Source: an uncultured virus (IMG/VR IMGVR_UViG_3300001346_000011) (Duplodnaviria > Heunggongvirae > Uroviricota > Caudoviricetes > Kyanoviridae). Taken from it: 64,000 nucleotides of DNA. Below are positions 29,319 through 38,500 of this stretch, one piece after another. The notes under the pieces were generated by a model. It had not been told where the DNA came from. It saw only the letters and a program-made list of their open reading frames with translations, and did not search any database. The translations under genes were made by a program, and so were the position numbers. Where the stretch lies: positions 1-64,000 of the IMG/VR virus record IMGVR_UViG_3300001346_000011; one strand, written 5' to 3'. The first letter of the stretch is position 1. Each line of letters begins with the position of its first letter.

Positions 29319-30272
29319 TTATTCCTCTATTGGTTCACCATTGACTGCGGCAATTACATAATCTTCTATTTCAGGCGACATTGCCATTATTTTTTCATTT
29401 TTTCTGCTGATTCTTTCATCCATTGTGATTCTAATTGGATCATATTCACGTTCCATTTGTCCTAGATCAATATGATTAAAGTTTTCTGATTTTTTATATG
29501 AAGTATTTTCAGGATATGTTGCACCAAATATCACACTTGATGGTACATCTAAACTGTAAGCAAGGTGCTGTCCTAAAGAATCACACCCTAAAAAATGATC
29601 AGCATGTTTTATAATTGCGGCCCATTGTCTTATTGATACTTTTTCAGGCATTGCTACTTCGTCAGGGAATCCTGCATCTTTAAAGTCTATACCAAACTCA
29701 CTCATCAGCATAACTGCAAAATCTTTTTCCTGTAATTTTTTGATTAAATTTTTTAAATTAAAAAATTCAATACTTCTGTTTGTTTTATCAACAAAAGAGC
29801 CATCAATTTGTTGTATTGCTCTTCCAAAGGGTTGAATCACAACAACTTTTTCTTTTTTTAATTTTTCTTTTACTTCGATTATTGCTTTTTGTCCTGCAAT
29901 TAATTCTTCTTTGTTTAACACTAATGTTGATTTAGGTAATTCTCTAATACCTTTTTTGTTTATCAACATATCGAATGCCTGTGCAATATTACATTTTTGA
30001 TTAAAATAATCATGCACTCTGTATGGTTCAGGACTTACAATATCCATGTTGACTAGTTTTGTGTGGAATAAATTTTTATGATACATGTCATAAGTTTTTG
30101 AATCCAATGTTGGATGTCCTTTTAGGATATCACATTCACCTTCTATCACAATGATAAAATCTGGATCGTTTCCTTCTTCTTGATATTTTTCTAAGGCAGG
30201 TATAGCAGATATAATTCTTCCTATTCCACCATTGAGTAAAAATGCTTTGGGTCTTTTTTGTTGTGTATTCAT
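29319..30272 (-). CDS. GT9 / heptosyltransferase-like glycosyltransferase (paralogue 1)
   Basis: Clear paralogue of 26510..27490 (NGG.GR.IS.IPA.EKY, SPEPYR, QPFGR, RSIE, HF.GCDS.GQHLAY, PIRIT.DE). Confidence 0.7.
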   Translation of the reverse strand: MNTQQKRPKAFLLNGGIGRIISAIPALEKYQEEGNDPDFIIVIEGECDILKGHPTLDSKTYDMYHKNLFHTKLVNMDIVSPEPYRVHDYFNQKCNIAQAFDMLINKKGIRELPKSTLVLNKEELIAGQKAIIEVKEKLKKEKVVVIQPFGRAIQQIDGSFVDKTNRSIEFFNLKNLIKKLQEKDFAVMLMSEFGIDFKDAGFPDEVAMPEKVSIRQWAAIIKHADHFLGCDSLGQHLAYSLDVPSSVIFGATYPENTSYKKSENFNHIDLGQMEREYDPIRITMDERISRKNEKIMAMSPEIEDYVIAAVNGEPIEE

Positions 30273-30321
30273 TTGTACAATTACTTATAGATTAATATTT
30301 TGTATGAATGTAATAATGACT

Positions 30322-30990
30322 CTATGGTTTGATTAATGGCATGTCAGGATATTTTAACTTCCAATGAAGCACATGACTAAAATTGTCTCGTATAACTATC
30401 CATTGTGCTTTACAATTTTCAATGGCTGTTCTTTCATTGTCACGGTAAACTAAATCTCTTGCCAATTCTCTGTCACACATTTCAATATGCTTGACAACAT
30501 CTCTGTGTACTTCTTCATTTGTGTGTTGATGCAGTCTGAATCTAGGTTTTACAAATTCACCATTGATGTATTTTAAATCGTTTATGTAATAAATCTGATT
30601 CAACACATGACCCCAAGAATAATCCCATATTATAGGATTGCCATCACTGTCCACTTGCCCTACATCTTCTTCGTAGTTAGGCACTTCGTCGTGTGAGTAT
30701 GTGTTTCTAATATATGCCGCTTCCCATGGATTATTTCTAGCATCTATTACTAAAGTAGAATGCCCTGGCTCGGGATGACAGATTCTTTGTTCAAGCAGTT
30801 CTAGTGATTCTGCCGCCCACAAACATTCTCCAATCAAACCAGTACTGTCTTCAACAGCCATTTTTAAAAATGTTTCTCCGGTGTAGTGGGCTGTATGTGT
30901 ACGTCCTTGACTAAAATTATCCACATAGGGTTCGTCAGGAATTTCCATTTGGAATGTAATGTGATTAAGATTGCTGGTGGCTAAACTCAT
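30322..30990 (-). CDS. Putative fibre assembly chaperone-like protein (paralogue 2)
   Basis: Shares P.EP.V..FS.G, IDA...P..AA.I, Y.ED.G..D.DGN...W, WK..(Y/F)P with 31039..31695; chaperone role inferred from position. Confidence 0.55.
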   Translation of the reverse strand: MSLATSNLNHITFQMEIPDEPYVDNFSQGRTHTAHYTGETFLKMAVEDSTGLIGECLWAAESLELLEQRICHPEPGHSTLVIDARNNPWEAAYIRNTYSHDEVPNYEEDVGQVDSDGNPIIWDYSWGHVLNQIYYINDLKYINGEFVKPRFRLHQHTNEEVHRDVVKHIEMCDRELARDLVYRDNERTAIENCKAQWIVIRDNFSHVLHWKLKYPDMPLIKP

Positions 30991-31038
30991 AACTAGAAAT
31001 ATTTATTGCTAGTTAAAGTTGATGACTGTTAAAAGTGA

Positions 31039-31695
31039 TTACTTGAAGTCAGGTGATGCTGGAAAAGGAATTTTCCAAAAAGACACACCATCATACTTTG
31101 TTGATATACCTTCCAACATTGTTTTGTGTGCTGTGATTGCCGCCGCTTCGTCTGTAGTATAAACACCAGTTCTAGCCAACTCTGTTGTGCAGTTTGCTAT
31201 CATGTTGGTTACACTTTCAGTAAACATTTCTTCTGTAGTTCCATGTTCTTTGAACGTTGGTGCTACAATGGCATTGTCTACGTATTTTATTGTTTCTAGA
31301 TCCCAAATTTGTCCAAGAAGACCTTGACCGTCTATCCAAACAAATCCCCAAGTTTCAGCATTGCCGTCAGCGTCTGTTGTACCTAAATCTTCTGAATAAT
31401 CTGCTTTTTCGCCTGAATCATACCATTTTGTGATCATTGCCGCATGTAGTGGATGTGCTTGTGCATCAATTATTCCTGGAAGATGACCTTCCATACAAGG
31501 ACCTTCATTTTCAGTCATTTCTTCTTGAGTGTCACCGTTTCCAATCACGTTTTTAATTACGCCTGTAGTTGCATCGTATTGGAACTTGATCCATCTTTCA
31601 CCGTTGTAGGTTGCCGCTTGTTCGATACCATCTGAAAAATCATTCACGAATGGTTCATTTGGTACTGCTATTGTAAATGCTTGTGCTATTGCCAT
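31039..31695 (-). CDS. Putative fibre assembly chaperone-like protein (paralogue 1)
   Basis: Paralogue of 30322..30990; immediately downstream of the Cys-rich trio. Confidence 0.55.
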   Translation of the reverse strand: MAIAQAFTIAVPNEPFVNDFSDGIEQAATYNGERWIKFQYDATTGVIKNVIGNGDTQEEMTENEGPCMEGHLPGIIDAQAHPLHAAMITKWYDSGEKADYSEDLGTTDADGNAETWGFVWIDGQGLLGQIWDLETIKYVDNAIVAPTFKEHGTTEEMFTESVTNMIANCTTELARTGVYTTDEAAAITAHKTMLEGISTKYDGVSFWKIPFPASPDFK

Positions 31696-31737
31696 TGTTT
31701 ATATCCTCTTATACTTTTATTTATCATTCTGTTACTA

Positions 31738-32709
31738 TTAACTAGCAACAAACTTGATTCTTACTCCACCAAATCCACCTCTAATTCCGTGATCTCTAAC
31801 ATCCGGACATGGGTTTGGTGATAGTCCTCCTGCTCCCACAGGTAGGTAATTGTTACAACCTTGCATCTCATAACATCCGCAAGATCTAGTTGATCTCCAA
31901 CAGTGTGCATCTGGCGTACCTTGTCTTGGTGTTTTTGTTGCCAAGTTAAGTGCCGCATACCACTGAAATAATTGGTTTCCTGACCATTGTGACATTGGAG
32001 TTCCATCTGATTCTTTTTGGAACGTGATCAATGCACCTTCGTCTGCAAATAATCCTGCTGGTGTAGCCACGTGTTGTTGGAATCTACACTTACAGTGTGG
32101 ACAACATCCAAAGAAACTAGCACATGAAAACTGTCCGCAACAGTTTTTGCCAGTGTCTCCGCCGTATCCTAATGAACACCAGTGTCCGTTACACACGTTA
32201 CATACTAATCCACAGTTGTCGTTGTTACATTTTGTATAACAAAAACCTTGTGCTCTGAAACAACAGAATAAAGATGATCCTGTTGTACACATTGATTTAC
32301 CACCAAATCCACCTCTTGAACAGACACATCCGTTTCCATTTGCGGCTGTGATCCAACAAATTTCTGATTGTTCTGAACATCCTGAGTGACATAGTGGGTG
32401 AGCATAACAACTGTGTCCTGTTTGACCTGTCATTGTGTCACCTGCTTCTACTGTGATTGATTTTTTAACATAGGCTCCTGCGTTACCTGGTAATCCGTCA
32501 CCACAACAACACATTCTTGAACCTGATCCACCTGCTCCCCAAACTTCTATTTCTGCTGTACCGTCAACTCTTGCTGTCCAACAAATACCATTACAGAATT
32601 TTGTGTAGTTTGTGCCTGATGTATATGAATAAATGTAACCAGTTTCGAGATTGTCTTCAATCATCTCTGCTGGGTTTCTAGTAGTTAATAATCCTTTTAA
32701 ACTTGCCAT
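31738..32709 (-). CDS. Cys-rich, Gly-rich domain protein (paralogue 3)
   Basis: About 32 Cys in 323 aa (manual count); EVWGAGGSG.MCCC, GAYVKK.I, RGG.GGVRIKF. Confidence 0.85.
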   Translation of the reverse strand: MASLKGLLTTRNPAEMIEDNLETGYIYSYTSGTNYTKFCNGICWTARVDGTAEIEVWGAGGSGSRMCCCGDGLPGNAGAYVKKSITVEAGDTMTGQTGHSCYAHPLCHSGCSEQSEICWITAANGNGCVCSRGGFGGKSMCTTGSSLFCCFRAQGFCYTKCNNDNCGLVCNVCNGHWCSLGYGGDTGKNCCGQFSCASFFGCCPHCKCRFQQHVATPAGLFADEGALITFQKESDGTPMSQWSGNQLFQWYAALNLATKTPRQGTPDAHCWRSTRSCGCYEMQGCNNYLPVGAGGLSPNPCPDVRDHGIRGGFGGVRIKFVAS

Positions 32710-32736
32710 AATAATATTTATCCTATCTCCTGTGAC

Positions 32737-33753
32737 CTACGGTACTGCTGGTAGATCGTATTCATCTGTTGGTGAAATAAATTTAATTCTCATTAATCCG
32801 TGACCACCTCTGTGTGCGTGATCTCTTACTCCATCACACGGTGTTGGTCCTTGTCCTCCAATACCTGCTGGATAAAAAGTGTTACAACCTTGCATATCGT
32901 AACAACCACAACTTCTGTTACCTTCCCAACAACCAGTGTAAGGACCGCCTGTTGTAGGGTTACGTGTTGCTAGGTTGAAACCATGTGAAGCATTCATCCA
33001 ACCGCCCATTCCTGACCATTGTGATCTTCCGTTGTCTGAATCCATTGTGTAGTGTACTTCACCACCCTCTGTTGAAATCATTCCTGGAGGAAATTTATTA
33101 ACTGGAACCTGTCTACAGTTACAGTTTGGTTGACATCCTCTAAAGTAATGACAACTAAATCCACCATAACAGTTTGTGTCTCCACCATATGCAAAAGCAC
33201 AGAATTGAGGACATGATGCTGAATCCATAAAGTTACAAACAATTCCGCAATAAGTTCCGCCACCCTGTGTGTTACAGAAGTTAGCCGCCACTGCACAACA
33301 GTAGATTGAACTACCAGTTGAACACCAAGTTCTTCCACCTATACCACCTTGGGCACATATACAACCATCACCACCTGCGTCACCAAACCAACACACTTGA
33401 GTTGGTTCTGAGCAACCTCTAAAACAAAGTGTGTCTGAGTTACCACATGACAGTCCAATAATTGCACAAACGTAACAACCTTCAGCCATTGCGATTGTTT
33501 TCTTAGCATAACCACCTGGGTTACCTGGAATTCCTCCACCGCAACAACACATTTTTCCGCCACTTCCACCTGCTCCCCATATTTCTATGGTTGCTGTACC
33601 ATCTGATGGTGCAACGAAACACACGTGACATCTAAAGTTTGTTCCTCTTGATGTACCTGGATAATATTGATAAATTCTACCTTTTTCAAGGTTAGTCTCA
33701 TTTCCTACTGAAAAATCGTATTTGGTTTGAAGTAATGTTGTTAAACTAGCCAT
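32737..33753 (-). CDS. Cys-rich, Gly-rich domain protein (paralogue 2)
   Basis: Same motifs: EIWGAGGSGGKMCCC, CGCY..QGC, PC..VRDH..RGG.G. Confidence 0.85.
   Translation of the reverse strand: MASLTTLLQTKYDFSVGNETNLEKGRIYQYYPGTSRGTNFRCHVCFVAPSDGTATIEIWGAGGSGGKMCCCGGGIPGNPGGYAKKTIAMAEGCYVCAIIGLSCGNSDTLCFRGCSEPTQVCWFGDAGGDGCICAQGGIGGRTWCSTGSSIYCCAVAANFCNTQGGGTYCGIVCNFMDSASCPQFCAFAYGGDTNCYGGFSCHYFRGCQPNCNCRQVPVNKFPPGMISTEGGEVHYTMDSDNGRSQWSGMGGWMNASHGFNLATRNPTTGGPYTGCWEGNRSCGCYDMQGCNTFYPAGIGGQGPTPCDGVRDHAHRGGHGLMRIKFISPTDEYDLPAVP
33403..33447. repeat. 45-bp exact repeat, second copy at 34370-34414
   Basis: tggttctgagcaacctctaaaacaaagtgtgtctgagttaccaca in two Cys-rich paralogues. Confidence 0.9.
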
Positions 33754-33757
33754 AAAA

Positions 33758-34720
33758 TTAACTTACGAATTTGATTCGTACTCCTCCGTGTCCACCTCTG
33801 ATTGCGTGATCTCTAACACCTGGACATGGGTTAGGTCCTCTTCCTCCTGTACCAATCGGCATCTGAGGTATACAACCATCGTTTTGATAACATCCACAAG
33901 TTCTTCCACCGTCCCAACAACTTGCCCAAGGCACACCGCCTGTTGGAAATCTTCCTGAACCTAAATTTGCTAAATGGTGATAGTGTCCCATACCTGACCA
34001 ATTCTGTGTTCCATTATTGTCATCATTTGTGTAAGTGATCATTCTACCAAGTTTAGAACCCATTCCTGCTGGAGTAGGTATGTGATGATGGAACATACAA
34101 ATACATGATGGATAACAACCAAATGCTGATACACATGAAATTCTTCCACACACGTTAGTTTGACCACCGTATGCTTGAGCACACCATGAACCATCGCATT
34201 GGTTACAAACAATTCCGCAGTTGTCGTTGTTTGTTCTTGTTACACAGAAACCGTTTGCTCTGTAACAACAATAAAAACTGGCTTGAGATGAACAATAAGT
34301 TACTCCACCTTTTCCGCCTTCTGCACAAGCACAAGTCTCTGCGCCTGATATACAAAATCTTACTTGAGCTGGTTCTGAGCAACCTCTAAAACAAAGTGTG
34401 TCTGAGTTACCACAACTTAAACCTGTACATCCGCAGATGTAGTCTCCTGGAGACATTGAAATTTCTTTTTTAACATAAGCACCTGCGTTACCTGGTGTTC
34501 CAAATCCACAACAACACATCTCTGCACCTGATCCACCTGAACCCCAAGTTTCAACTATTGCAGTCCCTGCCACGGCTGGATGGAAACAAAATCCACACCA
34601 TAATCTAGAATAGTTTGCTCCGTTTGTGTAAACGTAGATACGCCCTTTCTCTAGGTTGTTTTCTTCAACCGATACGAAAGCGTCCTGTTTTGTTCCGAGT
34701 AATGATTTTAAACTAGCCAT
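33758..34720 (-). CDS. Cys-rich, Gly-rich domain protein (paralogue 1)
   Basis: ETWGSGGSGAEMCCC, CGCY, PCPGVRDHAIRGGHGGVRIKF. Confidence 0.85.
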   Translation of the reverse strand: MASLKSLLGTKQDAFVSVEENNLEKGRIYVYTNGANYSRLWCGFCFHPAVAGTAIVETWGSGGSGAEMCCCGFGTPGNAGAYVKKEISMSPGDYICGCTGLSCGNSDTLCFRGCSEPAQVRFCISGAETCACAEGGKGGVTYCSSQASFYCCYRANGFCVTRTNNDNCGIVCNQCDGSWCAQAYGGQTNVCGRISCVSAFGCYPSCICMFHHHIPTPAGMGSKLGRMITYTNDDNNGTQNWSGMGHYHHLANLGSGRFPTGGVPWASCWDGGRTCGCYQNDGCIPQMPIGTGGRGPNPCPGVRDHAIRGGHGGVRIKFVS

Positions 34721-34778
34721 TGTTTTTGTTTCTCCAAGTATTTAAATGTTGTAAATTTAATATAATAATTATAAAAAA

Positions 34779-35111
34779 TTATACAGCACCAATTATCCAA
34801 CCATAAGTCGGACCAGTGTAAATCAAAGTTGCGATTGCACCATTTAAGTCCATTGTTAAGTCGTCTGCTGAACCTTGAATTAGTGAACCGTTCCTAGCAA
34901 CTGTAACCGCGTTAGTTCCAAAGTTCGAAGTTGCATCAATGATTTGAATTGTGTCATTGATCAACAAAGAAGCATTTAGAGGTAACGTGATTGTGAAAGT
35001 GCCTGAGGCACTATCTGCTAAGATTCTATCATTTACCACTGCTTGGTAAGTTGTTGCCACTTGTCTAGTGACTACGCCAGCAGTTCCAGTTGTTGATATG
35101 TATCTTCCCAT
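34779..35111 (-). CDS. Small virion structural protein (110 aa)
   Basis: D...G.FTITLP...DTIQIID...F..N..TV.RNG..I.G...DL...LIY......GW pattern, common in T4-like fibre domains. Confidence 0.75.
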   Translation of the reverse strand: MGRYISTTGTAGVVTRQVATTYQAVVNDRILADSASGTFTITLPLNASLLINDTIQIIDATSNFGTNAVTVARNGSLIQGSADDLTMDLNGAIATLIYTGPTYGWIIGAV

Positions 35112-35168
35112 TGTCTTTGTTTCCTTTATTAGTACTCTTTTATACTATTTATACTATTTACCTTAAAA

Positions 35169-35489
35169 TTATGCTGTACTTGTTTCAATACCACTCACAA
35201 CTGCACTTACATTAGCGGCACTTGAACGTGCTACCAATAACTGCGTTGCAGACAGTACTAAACCAGTTCTTTCCAACACACCATGACTCATAATTTCTGT
35301 TTCATATTCAACATATTCTGAGTTATCCGGTGTAGATGTATCCGCTACCGCTAGTCTAACTGTAACCGCTTGGTTACCTCTGTTACAAAACGAGACCGTT
35401 GCCACCGTAAAAGTGTCAGCAGGCGTTGTATATACAGTCGTATTAGTAGCGGCTAAAAGATCTGCTTTTCCTATTCTTCCTGAAGCCAT
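35169..35489 (-). CDS. Small structural protein (106 aa)
   Basis: Same family pattern as 48239..48571 and 57454..57780 (T.VY..P.....V...N......V.L...LVL...Q.L...S). Confidence 0.75.
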   Translation of the reverse strand: MASGRIGKADLLAATNTTVYTTPADTFTVATVSFCNRGNQAVTVRLAVADTSTPDNSEYVEYETEIMSHGVLERTGLVLSATQLLVARSSAANVSAVVSGIETSTA

Positions 35490-35502
35490 CGTATTTTCTC
35501 CT

Positions 35503-38500
35503 TTAACTATGTATTAAGTAGTTCATCGCAATCGGCACACCAGTAACTCCTTTTTTGAAGTTAGTGACGCTTTGGAAATTGATCCCTACGTTGTTACTTG
35601 TACTTATCGTATTACCAGTAATTACCACTAATCCCGCAGTAATCAAGTTAACATTGAGCGAACTAGCACCACCACCAATTTGAGAAGCGATATAAGTTCT
35701 TATTGCTCTTTGTGTCGGAACAATTGCGTCTGAATTAGCCGCCATTGTACCATCAGTTGAGAATTCATTGATAGAAGCACTTGTTCCACCTAATGCCAAA
35801 TCGCCCAACTGTAATTCTTGTAGTCCTGATATGTTAAATGCATCTGCATTCAATGAAGCAATACCAGTTGCTTGTTCTACTGAGAATAAATCTCCTACTC
35901 TAAAGTTACCATCTTGGTCTGTAGAAGTAAAGAACACTCTTCCTCCGCCACCTTCAACAACTTCGTTTGCTGGTATTGGATTTTTAGCAGGTAGACCTGG
36001 ATAATTGGTGCTAGTAATATTACCTGTACCAATATCTAAGAAGTCATGTCCTGTTAATCTAACTTGTGAATATCTAATTCTCATTTCTACAGTTTCGCCG
36101 TGTTCTGGTGCTTCATAAGATTTAATGTCTGGTGAAACTTGTAACAATCCTGTGAAAGGAGTTTTCGTTCCAAGTTGTTGATTTACAACAACCAGTTTGA
36201 AATATTGTCCCGGTAGATGACCGAACTCAATGTTTGAACCTGCTCTTGGAATCGATGTTAAATTTTCAACAGCAATGTATTTGCCAGTTTGATAGTCGTC
36301 TCTAAAACCACCAAATGTTTCTGCTGTTCCGCCACTTGTATATGCTGTGTAGGCAGTTGAATCAATTGCTACTGTTAAATCATAGTCTGCATAAATTTCA
36401 AATGTATCTGTTGTTAAAACTTTAACATAATAAAATACTCCAGAGTTTAAATCAGTCATTCCAATAATGCCGCTAAATTTAACTTTGTCATTGGTGTTAA
36501 AGTTGTGTGCCGCTGTGGTTGTAATCACTGCTGGCGATGCCTGAGTAATTGCATTTACAGTTGCTTGTACACCTTGTTCTGTGACTGTTGCTGAAGCAGT
36601 TACATAATCTGATCCTCTTGCAACGTATGTTGGTTGACCTAATACACCATCTCCAATGTATGCTTGTACAGGTGCGTCAACAGAGTTGTTTGGATCTACA
36701 AATGTTACAGTTGGTGCACTTGTATAAGAAGCACCACAATCTAGTATTTTAACACTTGAAATAACATCTCCTGTAACCACTGCTCTAGCAACTGCCTGTC
36801 TAGGAGTTGTTGAACCATCGTTATCTGGAGCACCTATAACCACTCTTGGAGTGATTTCGTAAATTGTTGTTGAATCCAATGTTGCCTCAACTGCTTTGCC
36901 ACCTAGTGTGTCCCAACCTGCTGAATCATCTGAGAATTTTTTAATTGTTGCAACTTTGCTTGAAGAAGTATAAGTGTCAATGTAACCGTACTGTCCAGCA
37001 CCTTTACCTTCTGTAACAAACAATGCCATTCCAACATAAACTGCACTTGCCGCCGAATCTGCCGCCGCCAAAGTGATTTGTGTTGTTGTACCTGTTTGTC
37101 CTGAGTTTGTTGTTGTAACATATCCGTCACCACCTAAATCTGATGGATCTGAAGCAGGAGTTTCTGTTAATCTAATTCTGTAAACTCCACCTGTGTTGTA
37201 AGTTGCTGTGACTGTGTTTAATCCAAACCCATCACCTGTGATAGTTATAGTTGCGTTTGAATATTCTCTACCTGCATTTCCAAATTCAAGTGCAAGTATT
37301 TGTTCACCATCAGTGAACACACTGTCAATTGTAGCATCAGTTGATCTGTTGTTAACAAGACCTGTTACAGGAATTTCAGTTGGGTCAACACCTTCTGCCA
37401 CACAACCAAAATCACCATATGATGAGTTACCGTTTGTTGCACGTATTTTTCCACCTGTTTCTGCAAGGTATCCAATGTGTCCGTAGTATGAGAACACAGA
37501 TACAAGTTCTGCTCTTCCTAAATTTGTAATCCATGCACCAATACCATCTGATATTACTTGAGTAAAGTCATTTGATACCATGGAGTCATTTCCACCTGCG
37601 TGTAAATCTCCGTCAATTTTTTGTCCCACAGCACCTGTTCCAAATGTTGTAACGTTTTGAATGTAAGGTGATCTTCCACCTGCACCGTTCAGTGCACCAA
37701 TCCATACGCTTTCATCTGCTGTGCCATATCCTGGATCAAGAGAAACAAAAGCACCCGCTGTTGGACGTTTTGTACCATAACTGTTTGCGGCTCCTAATGC
37801 TCCTGATAAACCTTGTANAGTACAGTTTCTTAAACCTGTTGCGTTTCTCATGTAGAACATNTCTGAAAGTGTTGAACCTTCTACAGCATTCACATACCAT
37901 TTAGCACCTTTCAGTGACATATAGTTTCCTGTGTACTGTAAATCGTAAATAATTCCGTCTACATAATCTTTAATATCGTCTTCACAGTCATTTTGACCAA
38001 ATGAGTAACCTGGATTTGCTCTTTTCACAAATTCAGCACACTCTTTAGCAATAAAATCTCTGTTGGCTAACAATCTTAGACGTGCATCTGTGTATCCAGC
38101 ACTGACTTCTGCTGTGTTTGAACCAGTCAATGCTGGTTCAGTGCCATTGTCATTGATTTTGAAGTCAATGTATTTTTCAATATTATCAGCAATCGCCGCC
38201 GCCGCTGTACCTGCCGCACTTGAACCTGCTGGCACTGCCAAGTTTTGTGTGACTGTGTTTCCTGTTGTCACTGTTAACACTTGGAATGTGATTGTTTCAC
38301 CAATTGCTGTGTCACCAGTACCCGGATTGTTGATTGTTTCTGTTGAAGGAATAGTGATTGTTTCACCTACAACATAATTTTGTCCTGGAGTTAACACAGT
38401 TAATCCTGTAACAAAACCAAATGCGTTGGTTGTCAATGTAAATGTAGCACCTGTTCCTGATCCTGATGCTGTTGTGTTAACTGTGCCTGTACCTTCAATT

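Noticed and set aside
6396..37861. N bases at 6396, 37818 and 37861
   Set aside because: Single ambiguous calls that keep the frame; treated as assembly uncertainty.
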